A DNA stretch of 64,000 nt, taken from assembly GCA_900088475.1 (NCBI GenBank), contig FLMG01001021.1, positions 1-64,000 on the forward strand, in the 5' to 3' direction. This stretch comes from Hyphochytrium catenoides (Eukaryota > Protista > Hyphochytriomycota). The translations under genes were made by a program, and so were the position numbers. Under the pieces are notes generated by a model. It did not search any database, had not been told where the DNA came from, and saw only the letters and a list, made by a program, of their open reading frames with translations. Shown in pieces: positions 23,426 to 35,699 of the stretch. Position 1 is the stretch's first letter. The number at the start of each line of letters is the position of its first letter.

Positions 23426-25750
23426 ATGGGAGGGAAGAAGGCGAGAGGGAAGCAGGCATCGCCAGGGAAAACCCAAGGACCGTCTGCTACGGGTAATCTT
23501 CAAAGCCTTGCACTTCTTCAGGAGCTAAGCTCTGTGGTAAATGATATTCCTGCCTGGAAAAATGACTTATGGAACCACTTTCAGCGAATGTTCTCACTGC
23601 TTAAACAGCTGATAGAATCTCAGCGGTGCATGTGCATGGACCTCCTAGCCACGGATGCGGCAACGTCTGTGCCTAACTCAGAGAGGTTTCAAGAGTTGGA
23701 GGAGTGGGTTTATAGACATTCAGCGGAACATCACGGCAGAACAGAAGAGTGTAAAGTGTTTGAGATTCGAGACGTAGGAGAGGGAAGAGGTCATGGCCTC
23801 GTGTGCACGACAGCTACTCAGGTAACAAGCCTTTTGCTTCTATTAGAGAACTTCATTGCCTACCGCTGGTTTACATTCGGTACTAACCGGCCAGACCTCT
23901 TATACCTTAAAAGGGCCGCGGTCGCTCTGGCTTCCCCTCTCTTGTCGTTCGCACTGTCCCTATGTGTTTCAATTCTACTTCTGCAATACCACGGTTATTG
24001 TCAAGTCATCACATTTGCTCTCCGCTTTTTCTCTGTCCAGGCAGCTCTTCTGCAATACCGCGTACTGCTCCCTCTCTGTCACCTTTGCTTCTTTTTCCTT
24101 GGCTGGTTCTATCATTGCAGCACCACTTCCTTGCAGTGCCTAAGGAATGACGTTTCGCCGACCCTCTAATTGCTGCAGAAGGGAAAGAATATCTTGTCAG
24201 TTCCTCTGGAAGTAGCTCTGACGACCTGTGACAAACATACGTCACCGTGGATTCGCTGGGCACAGTCTTCTGACCCTCTGTTGCAAGCAAATCAGAGCCT
24301 ATCACTGGTGCTGCACTTGCTAGATGAGGCCGCTGACTACCATCACTCATTTTTCAAGCCTTATCTGCAGACGCTGCCAAAAAGCTACAATCTCCCTCTG
24401 TACTTCTCACTCTCCGATATAGACTCCCTGCGCTCATCCTCGATCTTCAAAAAGGTATTGCAGGTCTATGCCAGCACCGTTAAGCACTACTGCTATTTAT
24501 TTGGCCTGCTATCTAGCATCGTTAAAAAAGCTAAAGGAGGTGGGCCAAAAACATCGACTCTGACGGAAAGCAAGCTGGAGCATGCGGACAGACCACACTG
24601 GCGCGCTGAAAACCTTCTTGAGAAGTTTAGCTTCGAGAACTTTAGATGGGCGGTGGCGACCGCGATGTCTCGGCAAAACGAACTGGACATTGAGGATGGC
24701 GCCGGACATCGTCAGAAAGCGATGACACTAGTGCCACTATGGGACCTATGCAACCATGCAGCGGGCGAGCCCACAACCCAGGTCGATCTGACTGAGCAGC
24801 AGATCCAGCTATTGGCTATGGAGGATTATCGTCCCGGCCAAGAGATTGAAATGTGTTATGGCGCCCGCCCGAACTCGCAGCTCTTCATCTACGCTGGCTT
24901 CGTGGATGAGGGCAATCCTTACGACATGCTTGAGCTTTGGCTTCCTTATACGGTGGCGGACCCATTTGTAAAGCTGAAGCGGAGCCTACTGGAAAAGAGG
25001 TTGATGAGGATGGTAAGGGAGACACGACGTCTAGAGGACGCAGCGTCGTCGTTGATGATAAGCATCTATATGGGCAAATATCACTACCACTACTGGCGTT
25101 TGTTTGGTTGGCTGTGTTTCTCCTGTAGAGCTTGTGTTGGTTGCAGCGTCATATGAGCCGCTATTTCTTCTTCTGCAAGAGTGCTATCGACGCACTTCTC
25201 TAGCGTCAGCTATGAATAAGCCTGCTCACGTCTGCGCCAGCATTATCTATCTAATTCCTTCGCTGGCCCACATTTCTCACGAGCCCTCTGTCTTTGTATA
25301 TGACTTCTGGTGACTCACGCTTGCTTCTTGCCTCTTTTCTCCATACGGATGCAGGACACATCGCCAGAAGGAGAGCTATTACTTCCCTGCATAATCTTAG
25401 CCGATGGCTCTGTTACCAAGGATACCCTAACCGCTATTCAAACTCTCCACCTCGACAAATCAGAGATTGCTAGCGCACTTAGAGGCGAAAGTTCCGTGGA
25501 CCTACTTTCTGACGCCAGGGCCTCAACTGCACGGGAATTCCTGCTTACCGGACTCCAGAAGTTTGACCTTCAGCTCTCGAAGGCGAATCACGGCAGCTCA
25601 GAACGTGAGAGAGACGACGATACAAAGTCCAAATCGCGGCCGTCGCAGTCGTGGGTTGATCAAACTATAGAGAAGCTGAAGAGAGAGGAGCTGCGCTTAA
25701 TAAGGTTGGCAATTAATAAGCTTCAGGAAGCCGCGCCTAATAGCAGCTGA
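23426..25750 (+). CDS. SETD3-like SET-domain methyltransferase; exons 23426-23821, 24179-25012, 25355-25750
   Basis: G.GHGLV, FFKPYLQTLPKSYNLPLYF, FRWAVATAMSRQN, LVPLWDLCNH, CYGARPNSQLFIYAGFV. Both introns are GT-AG, phase 0. Confidence 0.85.
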
Positions 25751-25934
25751 CGGGAGCTAGCATTGAGGAAAGGGTAACGCTCTTCTGGCGCGTTAAAGAG
25801 TCCTATTACCCCTTCTTATTGCAGATGTGAGCCTCACTGTTCAAAGGCGCCGCTCTCTCTTTGTACTCTCTCTCTCTTTCCTTCGAAGGCTCGCTTGGTC
25901 CTCATTTTGTACGACTATCGAAGGATAGCTCTTG

Positions 25935-28900
25935 CTATACTCCTTCCCTTTCTGCGGGAACCGAACGCACCGACGACGACCTCTCTAGTGGCAGGTAGTC
26001 CGTACAGCTGCCGGGCGAAGGGTTCCAAGACGCTTTTTCTCTCTGGGCCTCTGTGTATATGGGTTCGGACTCGTCATCGTCATTAGGTTCCCCATCTTCT
26101 TCCCGTCCTTGAGGATCCTCAGGAGACGGTTCAACGTCATCTGGGTCACCTACGATTTTGAGGTCAATGCTTCTTCTAATCCAAAAGCTTAATGGCATAT
26201 GGGCGGAACCAGAGAAGGAGAGGTACACAAGATGCAAATGAGACTTCAAGACTATTTTACGCCACGAGAAGGAGGGGTGACTGGCCGGTTGTGACTACTT
26301 CTCAGAGAGAACTTCAAGAGATCTAGATTAACATAAAGGAGAGGAGCGGCGAGACAAAGAAAGTGCGCCTATTGTCTAGATTACCTTTAGTTCTGGGAGA
26401 AGAGACGGTATATGAGTCAATGTCGACCATGGCCTCCTGTTTAGCTTGTGCATCCATGTTGTCTCCTTCATCTTCTTCAGGGGTCCCTACTTCTTTTCCA
26501 GCTCCTGCACTCCCGTCGCCCTCTGAGGACTCTTGATCCTCGTCCCGAGACTCATTTTGAGTCTCCACGTCCATGCCGTCTCCTCGACTCAACTGTGAAA
26601 ACCTTCTATTCTCTTCAGCCGAAAGTAGGGGTCGAACTGTTCAAGGGAGTTAGTGCTTTCTTGGTCGTTATCATGCACAAAAGAACAAAAGTTCATTCTT
26701 TGTCGAAGACGCGGAACTGGAAAGGAGGAAAAGTGATAGATTACCTCTCTCATGCTGGCTGGGATGACTATGGACTACACGCATAGACAGATCCTGCTGT
26801 GTTGAAGTAACATCTTCAAAAGCGCCCCTGTTGCTTGCTTTCTTCTCATTAGCTAAAAAAATACTTCCAAGCGATGAAAGAGACTCGGCAAATGGCTGGA
26901 ATAGGTTCATCATGTTTTTTGTTGTTGCCTCGAGGACGTCCATCTTGGCCTCCAGCATTAAACTTCTTTCCTCCGCGAAGCTGCCGACAATTACTTAGAA
27001 ACTGAGCTAGTCATATAAGGGGATTCTAGCTACCTGGCACGCTCTTCTGCTTTTTTTCGCTCGCACACTTGAGACACCAGTTTGTCTTTGAGACCTTGCA
27101 CTTCAGTGGTAGCGCTGTTACTCCTATTTTTCTCGTCTTCCAGGAGAGCTGCAAGAGAAGATGCCTTCGTTGCAAGCTCTTCCATTTTCATCTGCATACA
27201 TGCAAGCTGAAGCCATGTCTCAACTCTGCAAAGACTTATCCCCTCATACCTCCAACAGTCGCGATGAATTGCGAGCCGCTATCTGCTCTTCGCTTTGTAG
27301 TCGTGCTTTCTCTCTATATTTCGTCAGGGCTTGCCGTTCTTCGTTTAGGGCAGAACGGTAATCCTCGCTCATTTTCTGGAATCGCCGAACTTCCTCTCTA
27401 GCTGCGACCAGGTCTGCCTCCAGAGACTAATAAGAAAATGAAGAACATCGTCATTACCGGTCTTCTTTTCTTATTATAGACCACTTTACCTCCTTCTCTA
27501 CTTCCAAAGCCGAGCACTTCAACACGGCGCTTTCTAAGTGTGTAAGAGCTTTGTTCTTTTCAGTCTCAGTGTGTTTGAAGGCTTCTGTAAGGTCTGCCTT
27601 CTCTGATTTCCATTTTCCCTGTCCCATGAATGATTAACCGTTACCATCATCCTGTCAAGATTAGCGTAAGAAAGGGACACTCTACCTCCAAAGTCCTAAG
27701 TTGGTTGAGCTCTTCCTCATGCTTTGCAGCCATTGCAGTTGCCTCCGAAAGCTAAAAAGGTCGAGTTTTTTGAGCCAAGGATAAGTAAGGTTGCTCTAGC
27801 GTCCTCGTTACCTGCATTCTATAGCGCTCCAACTCTTCCTTAATAGTGGCAAGAGACCGATGCAAGTCCAAAGATCTATTCTCAGCATTCTCTTTTGATT
27901 GTTGTAGCACTTGAATAAGACGCTCCGCTTCAGACGATGACTATGGAGATGTACGAGTCAGACCAGGGATGACAGAGAAATGACGTCATAACAAACCTTC
28001 TTTGTGACTTCGAGCTGATCTCTCATCTCTTCCAGCTCTAGGCGAAGTCTACCATTCTCATCCGTGAAATGGTCTTTTTCCTTAACATACTCTGACGACT
28101 TCGTGTCCAGCTCGCGGTATTGCTTTGACTTGAGCTCAAGTTCCTCTTTGAGGTCATCTACCTCTTGAGTAAGTTCCTAGAGCAGCAAGGATCGTAAATC
28201 CTTATTTGTCATCTAATAAACGATCCTGTGAACGGTCCCAACCCTTAATTTTGAGCACTGCTGTTCTCGTTCCCTCTCAAGTTCTGCAACGCGCTCTTGC
28301 TCTAAAGTCAATCGGACTCGCAAATCCTGTATCCAAGATTAGCGTTGGTTGAAAATGGTTCTATACGACACACATACTGCATTCAGCTGCTGAATTCTAG
28401 AGACTGCTGCGATACCCGTTGCCTCGGGAGCTGAAGGATGTCTAGCTAGTGGGTCTGGAAGCCTTTCTGCTGAGAAATGTGTTTTCTTCAAAGGGGTAGC
28501 CTTCAGGATGAGAGTATATTAGACCTTGAGACCTCAACAGGCAGTAGTCTATAGACACATCATTTTGGGTGAGCTACCTCTGAGGTCTCGGCGCTATTGA
28601 GTGAACGCTTGCCCAGATTGGTGAAGGCTTCTGATGCTGGAGAAAGACGGCTTCCATTGGCAGTCTCAAGTCTAAGGTCAGACGTAGTTAGCCCAACTCT
28701 AATTGTAAAGTTATGGCTTGCGTAACATAACGTACTTTGGCGGTTCTAAGCGGTATGCGTGCTGGGGAATAGCTGGATATTGGTCAGGGATTAAGGGCAA
28801 TAGGGACACCATAAGACTAAAGTAAGGTGTTCGTACCTGACTGGCGTTTCCTTCTGGGGTTAGTTAAGGAGAGTATGTCTCCGAAGTTGATCGCTTTTGT

Positions 28901-29375
28901 CTTGCCCTTTCCAACCAGTTCGCCATTTATAAAGGTCCCATTGGTGCTGAATAGCGTGTCAGACGAGCATATTGCGTAAGAAGTTATGAGTGATACCTAT
29001 GGTCAGAGACGCTGACCCAGACGCCATCGCCTGCTTTTGAATAGGAGATGATGCAATGCTAGATGAGTTAGGTAGGCGAGGATTAGTACATATATAAAAA
29101 GGAAGGTCATTGAAGGCTCTACTACCTGTCCACTAACATAAGGCAGGCCCAAAACAATGTCACAGTTAGCCGCTTTTCGTCCGATGACATGTCTTCCCTA
29201 TAATAAGATTGGTCAAGAAAACGACAGGTTGAGCAGCTTAAGGTCTCTCGCCCTTACGTCTTACCGATGTGAGGCTGATATCAGGTTCTTCTCCGACTAA
29301 AGTGGCGGAGCTATTCTCGTCCTTGACAAACTTCAGAACGCCCCAGGCATCAGCGATATCCGTCGGCGGGCTCAT
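25935..29375 (-). CDS. FHA-domain + long coiled-coil protein with acidic tail, many short introns
   Basis: Spliced N-terminus AWGVL...GRHVIGRKAANCDIVL..PYVSGQHCII...VSDHSTNGTFING..VGKG....GDILSL is an FHA domain. Introns at 29198-29264, 29059-29125 and 28947-28996. Downstream exons are E/K/L-rich heptads. The 3' end is approximate. Confidence 0.85.
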
Positions 29376-30501
29376 GATCGCCTTTGCTGAAGGCTGTCTG
29401 CGACGTACTTAGAGGCCTTGCGGTTCGTCAACAATACCCTGGAGACCCAGTGGATCGACACAGAAATTTGATCAATGAAAGCTCCATGCTGCATGCTGCA
29501 GAAGTAATGCAGAAACTGAGTCGAACCACACTTTTCTCCTTGCCATCTCTTCTTTGTTTTCAAATGCTTTTCGATGTAACCTCCCGTCCTCTCTCAGACA
29601 TCAAATCAGAACGCCTCGGAATGCGATTGGAGAGCCGCAAAACTGGAGCGGAGGCTTTTACGTAAACGCGCACAAAACTTACAGTACTTTCCATTAGATT
29701 GGCATATTCTCATTTGCAAAGAAGCCGAAAACGGTTATCTGAGTCGAGTAGGAAACACCTCCTTCCCGCCAAAATTGTGGTCTCCAAATATAAGTACCCG
29801 CAGCCCGCGCTCTATACAGTACAGTCGTAAAAGACTTGGAAGAGATGGGATAAATTTTAGAGGGCGAAGTCTTGGGTCATTGTATCACTGGGAATGTACT
29901 CGCGAGTTGCCGTTTAAAGGGTCTGGTTATGCTTGACCCTGAAGCCTTACAAGGATTCCTGGATTTGAGAGAGTGTACTGTTGAAGTTCTCAACCCAATG
30001 CATAGACCCAAAAGTGGAATCAGAGAACCGGTGGCACTTGTCCTCCTGTCACATGCTAAGAGTAAGTGTCTTCCAACGACGAGGCTGTTAGGCTTAGAAA
30101 CGTCCTCACCGCGAAAACTCTAAACCGGCGAGAGTTCTCGACCTCAAAGTAAGTGTCAATGGAGCATGAGACTTGTGCTGCTTATGTAGGTTGGTAAGCC
30201 AAGGACATGAATCACTTTATATTTTGGTGCTTCGCCCACCTTTTAGATTTAGTCGTCTTGTTGAGACCACCAGTAAGCGAGGGGCTGACGTAAGTATCAG
30301 CTAGTCCGTCACGGTGAGGAGAGGTAAAGTTAGCACTGAGCAATCAGATTTTGAGGATGCAGGCCATATTTATCAGATCAACCTGTACGCTTTTCCAAAA
30401 GCACCCTCGCCAATACTTAACAGTGCCTGCAGAGACCACTGTCTCGCCCTGCTGAAGGAGACTCTCGATTTTGAGGTTAGCTGGCCTAAACGTGCACTAC
30501 T

Positions 30502-32588
30502 TTAGCACCCAAGCAAGCTCAACTCGCGTGATTCCTTATACCGGTGAACTTCCAGTTTTCCTTTTCGTGAGTCGTCCTGGTCAGCAGCTATTACACCTTG
30601 TGCCTCCAAATAGTCCACAGAGAGATCCTGCACCTCATAATCTTCAGGGCCAAGCAGCTAATCGGTCCCTGCAAGTGCTTGTGTGACTCACCGGGGAGTT
30701 GACTGGATCAGCACTAGGAAGAGGGGTGTACGGTGGAATGACCTCAACTAAGTTGCCCCAATCCAAGCTAGTGAAGAATGAATGCCCCTGGAATCAATGT
30801 ACCCGTGTAGCATAATGTCGGCGCATCATTATGGTTGATGGAGAAATTTCGATTGAGGGTAGAAGAGAAGTGGTATGAAGACAGGATCGAAGAAGGTAGG
30901 GTTGCCCTCACCATCATGCGCTGGTAGAAAACGTCAACCCTATCACCACCGACCCGACTATGTGGGTCCTGTTGGAAGTGTTGGAGAGTACTCATCTTAG
31001 TGGCCGACATAGAAGGCTTAATGGACGAAAGAAGTAGCACAACCTGCTACTTACAGGCTGAAGAAGCGTCCCGAGAAGATCCTGTGCCACTTGAGGCAGT
31101 GCTGGAGGAAATTGAAATCCTTCGACTGGATGGCTAACTATCATCTGATACGTTAAGAACTCTGTTGCCCCGTGGAAGAGGTGGCAGCCGACTAGCATCT
31201 TAGTATTGAGGTGGAAACCGTCACGGTTAGATTAGAGTCAAGAAACCTTTAAAGAAGTCCCTCCAAGCTACCTGGTACACAATGCATCCGAGGGCCCAGA
31301 GATCGCACGCAGGCCCCACTAACCCCTGATTGATGACTTCTGGAGCTAGGTATTCAGCAGTGCCACAAAAGGTATTCGCTCTCGCTGCCCCTGGAACTAC
31401 TTTCTTTTGATAGGATGAGATGTTGTCTGGAAAGGCTTATTATATTATGCTTGGCATAACCGTACCTTGGCCGTACTAAAGTCTGCAAGCTTAACGTGGC
31501 CCCTGCCGCTGATTACGTGGGTGTTAGCAAATGATTCGATGGGTATTATGGCCGCACCAAGTAGTCAGAAGACGGACAGAAGTTTAAAGATGTCTAAGAA
31601 CAAGTGTTCATGTCAACCGGTAAGACGATACGAAGACTTTTTTGCGGAAGGAAAGGTAAGGTTGGCGATGTGTGACCTCTAACTTACTCCAGCAAGACGT
31701 TCTCAGGTTTAAGGTCACGGTGAATAATGCCCTACCACACAAAGAGGAGTGCATTCAGTCCACTGTCCCGTTCGTATGCAACACTGTCACGTCCTAATAG
31801 AAAATGCTATAGCACCTGTCCATGTAGGTAGCGCAGCGCTAGTAATATTTCTGCAATTAAAAAGCGGGCACAATCGACAGGACACACTGGGATAGGTCCG
31901 GTGGCCTTCGGCGCGGCCAGGTAGTGGCTGACATTTGTGTTAGAGAAGGGGTGAACTTGATAGGCATTGGTCAGAGCGATACCTGATAACCCCTAGTAGA
32001 TCACCACCTGCGCAGTACTCCAGGGCGATAAATAGGTTAGAGCTGGTCTGCGGTTGTGGAGGAGATCGTTGAAAGTCGAAGGCTAATGTTAGTCAAAAGA
32101 GAGAGGACGGCGTCTGCCAAGGACGGGTTCGCTTTCTTAGTAAGCAGATATGTGGGAGGTGCACTCCCTAAGAGAAAGATTCCAAGTAGTCAGGGCTCTT
32201 CCTGGCACGAAGGTACCTGACGACGACTGACCTGAAAGGTACCGTAAATTTGTACAATGTTACTCTGGTTGAGAGCAGCGAGCATCTGGCGTTCTGTCAT
32301 CACTGCCTTGATTTGCCTTTGCTTCTGGATCTGCGACTTCTGCATGATTTTTAAGCAACAAACTCTCCCAGTAGGCTTATGGCGAGCTTGAACGACCTGG
32401 TAGATTGTGTTTCTCGTCAATTGGACAATTTTTCTAAAGAGTAAGGACCCACACCCGTCGTTAATAACTGGCGATTAATGCCTTACATGGGCAAAGCAAC
32501 CTTCACCTAAATGTTTTCCAATGTCAAAGTCCAGAAGCCTTAAAGTGCACCGTCCCAAGAGACAATTCCCAGAGTCCAGGGATGTCAT
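30502..32588 (-). CDS. PDK1-like AGC Ser/Thr kinase, multi-exon, no PH domain, DFS in place of DFG
   Basis: Spliced: LGEGCFAHV, CLKIM, ERQML, LEYCAGGDL, IIHRDLKPENVLL, VKLADFSTAK, RANTFCGTAEYLAPE, DLWALGCIVYQML, TEFLTYQMI, HSFFTSLDW. Confidence 0.88.
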
Positions 32589-33099
32589 TTTTGCTCACAA
32601 TACCCTGATTGGGGGGAAATTACCTAGCGCTGAGCGAGGCATGTCAAAAGCAGTTGGGAAAATGGCCGGGCCATCATAACAATGTCCAGCTGAATGTCAT
32701 TCTTGGGATGTCCTATGCCAGAGTCTGCGTGTTGATGCTCGTAACATCATCATGAAGTTTCGATCATCTAGGGAGACAGAGCCGTTGCGGAACGCTTCCT
32801 TCAATCCATGGGCCAGAAGGGTGGTAGCAACTTTATGGGTAGACAGCCCTAAAGCACCCCGCTGCCCGTAGACGTCTCCACGTTCCTTATCCCCTCCGAC
32901 GGTCAACCCTTAGTTCCTCTAGAGAAGCCAGTCGCCTTCATTTATCACCAGAATCAAAAGCGGCGGCTGCTTTGCTCCGTAAGAATGGCCGCTTCTTCCT
33001 ATAGAACTAGCGCACTTCTCGGTCCTAATAGAAGAACTGAAAGGTCACAGCCGAACGACGTTCTTTGTACTGTATCGTCTTTGTAGGACACAGAGACTC

Positions 33100-34330
33100 C
33101 ACCTTGAACATACAACTCCTACAACTCTCAAAGGAACAAAGGCCATTTCAACCAGTCATCCCCTTGGACAGCAGTGGCGCGTCTGGCGTGTTTCAAGTTT
33201 CAAGAGCTGTTCATCAGCAGAAACGGACATCAGTCTCTCTCGTACGATTACAGTACATACGTACATAGATCGAAGATTGAGGAACAGATCAGAGATCAGT
33301 CCTTTTCAGGGACTGTCGCACCGCAGATATCAACATTCCGGATCATGAAACGCTTCGTAATCCGAATCAAATGCCACTTATCTTGATACTGCTGCTCAGA
33401 TCCAGAATCCAGGAGACCCTCCGTTCTCTGTTCCCATCCCAGTTTTCCTCTTCCAATTTCTCCAGTCGTACTCCTGGAGTATTTGTTTTGAACTACCACA
33501 AGCTGCAAGCCTTGCTGTACTTGGGGAGCGAATTGCCATAAGAGCCAGATCAGGATGGTCAGTCCAGGCCTAAGAATTTCAATCACAAGCAAAGGCACTT
33601 GTCTCAGCAGGTATTATCTATAGATAACTAAACTCACACACCTTACCTAAGATGACCATGTCATATAAATAGCTGTTCAGGAGTCCCACTGGTCTTACTC
33701 TAGGCAGTTATGTATGGATATTGTTGGGCATATTACTACCGTGGCTGGATTGTGTATATCTGATTATTGAGCCCGCCATTGTTATAGAACAGCTATCCGA
33801 GCGTTGTTGAAGGGGCTGAGGAGACAGAGAGATAAGGGACAGTGATGAAGCGCAGAGAGAGACAAGAGGGTGGGAGAGCCAAGTCTACAGAGAGACAGAG
33901 CATACAGGGATGAAGACAGGAGAGAGAAGTGAGAGAGGGGGAAGAGAGGGAAAAGGGGAGAGAGAGAGGAAAAAAAGGAGAGAGAGAGAGAGAGAGAGAG
34001 TCGAGGGAGAGAGAGAGATTGCGTGGGAAGAAGGGGTAGGACCTATGTGGGAGCAGAGATGTAGAGAGCGAGGCATCAACAATGTGGAAGAGAGGAAGAG
34101 GGAGAAGTGCCGAGGACAGAGAGAAGGAAGAGAGCCGTTTCCTCCCTGCTTCAGAAGTGCAAGGAAGACCTTCTTCTGTGACCCTAAAGTTGGGAGCACA
34201 ATGCACAGCTCCGTCAAGGTAGCCTTGTATGTTACTTACGTTCCTAGTGGTCCATAGTCTCCAGAAGTCAAATCTGCGCCTGTCGACCGATTGCCCGCCC
34301 CACAAAGAAAAGAAGGTAACAAGTTGCAAG
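33100..34330 (-). pseudogene. Possible decayed spliced glycosyltransferase (O-fucosyltransferase-like) pseudogene
   Basis: Minus-strand donors (GTAAGT ~34239, GTAAGG ~33646) and a CT-rich intron-like tract. The middle exon contains NGGLNNQIY (core at 33760-33777) amid stop codons. A signal-peptide-like MLLLATCYLLFFVG lies upstream. Confidence 0.25.
33900..34135. repeat. (GA)n microsatellite / polypurine tract
   Basis: Long GA-rich run including a pure (GA)n stretch at ~33977-34000. Confidence 0.9.
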
Positions 34331-34569
34331 CAATAACATATCGCCTCTGATAAATCGGGAGTGGAGTAGAGCTTTCTGAGCTTATCGTCGCTGCTGCTTG
34401 AGGTTGTGAGAGGAGGACATCGCTGACAGCGTCTCAAGCAAACGCTGGTGATTGAATACGTCAGCTGGATGGGCCACGCTTCCAGTTAGCAAAAAACTCC
34501 TGTTTTGGAGCCTCAAGGACCTTGCCGCTTCTGCCGTTCTCTTAGGTCTTGCAAGCACATTCAGGCACC

Positions 34570-35496
34570 ATGACGAGATTTTCTATTACTCTTCTTTCTC
34601 TAATTGCTATCTTCGCGGCTTCCTTGGACGCCATTGACGGTGCCAACAGTATAGACTGCACTGCACAGTGCAATGTTATTGGCGTGGCAACTGGCTGTTC
34701 TGGAAGTGCCTGTCCCCCATGTCGAGTCAAGAGCAATGGCGCAGATGGCTCCAAGCCTTTCACGTGCTACTCCTACCCTGATAGCACCAAGGATTGCATG
34801 AAGCTGTTTGGGGGCAGTGTAGCTGCAGACTCGGTCAGCGATTGTCAAAAGAGTGGATCAACGGGTGGCACGACACCATCTCCAACTGGCAGTCAGTCAA
34901 CGCCTAAGCCAACTCCGGAAGATGCTACCCCGCCTTCCCCATCTGAAAGTAAACAAGAATCGGACGGAGGATCTAGCTTCTTCAGTTCGGCAGGTGGTAT
35001 CATACTCATCATCATCTTGGTGATAGCTGCGATAGGTGGAGTGATTGCATGCATACTCCTTAAACGGCGGAATGCTGAAGATAGTGATAAGTACAGCGAT
35101 CTTGGAACTCCTGCAGGGGCACCGTATGGAGCAACGGGGACTTATGGCAATGGTGTTGGCCCATACGGTGCAGTGCCCTCTGTCCAGCAGGGTTACAATG
35201 TCAATGCTATGGGCAACAGCCAACAACAGCAGCCTGTCGTGGTTATGCCGATGCCGAAGGCCGGACAGGCTCCCATGGGCGCTAGTGCATACACTACAGG
35301 AGTAGCACCCGAGAATGAAGCGGTGACCTTGCAAGATAAGATCGCAATGCTCCGTCGTCGAGCTCCTGATGGAGGCAGAAATGACGTTGACCTGGAGGCT
35401 ACGCCTCATCAGCGTCTGGACTCGGAGGTGAATTTGGATGGGGATAGCTTTGAAAACAGAGGGAGGGCTGCGTCCGCGGAATCTATGGAGCTATAA
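34570..35496 (+). CDS. Type I single-pass surface protein: signal peptide, small Cys domain, S/T/P stalk, TM helix, cytoplasmic tail
   Basis: MTRFSITLLSLIAIFAASLDA; CTAQC..GCSGSACPPC..C..C..C; TTPSPT-rich linker; GGIILIIILVIAAIGGVIACILL followed by KRR. Confidence 0.85.
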   Translation: MTRFSITLLSLIAIFAASLDAIDGANSIDCTAQCNVIGVATGCSGSACPPCRVKSNGADGSKPFTCYSYPDSTKDCMKLFGGSVAADSVSDCQKSGSTGGTTPSPTGSQSTPKPTPEDATPPSPSESKQESDGGSSFFSSAGGIILIIILVIAAIGGVIACILLKRRNAEDSDKYSDLGTPAGAPYGATGTYGNGVGPYGAVPSVQQGYNVNAMGNSQQQQPVVVMPMPKAGQAPMGASAYTTGVAPENEAVTLQDKIAMLRRRAPDGGRNDVDLEATPHQRLDSEVNLDGDSFENRGRAASAESMEL

Positions 35497-35699
35497 TAAG
35501 TCACTAGTTGTCAACATCTCGCGTACACATTCTGTGGCTCCGCTTGGATGGCTGTTAAATTTTTATAATAACTTAAATGTCAAGCTCAAAGATGTCTACC
35601 TTTGATGTTCCTCGCTCGCTTCGTTCCTTTAACCGCCAGCCGAGTAACATGCATATATTCTGAAGACACCAACTTAGCTACTAGCTAGAGTAGGTCTGG

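Noticed and set aside
23822-24178. Hydrophobic 'membrane' C-terminus of ORF 23426-24169
   Set aside because: This is read-through into a CT-rich intron of the SET gene.
25935-32588. Stop-codon reassignment as the reason long ORFs are missing
   Set aside because: In the exons I traced, stops fall within GT-AG introns, and TAA, TAG and TGA all terminate genes in this window.
33793-34437. ORFs of 110-214 aa on both strands
   Set aside because: They are products of the GA/CT microsatellite, which lacks stop codons.
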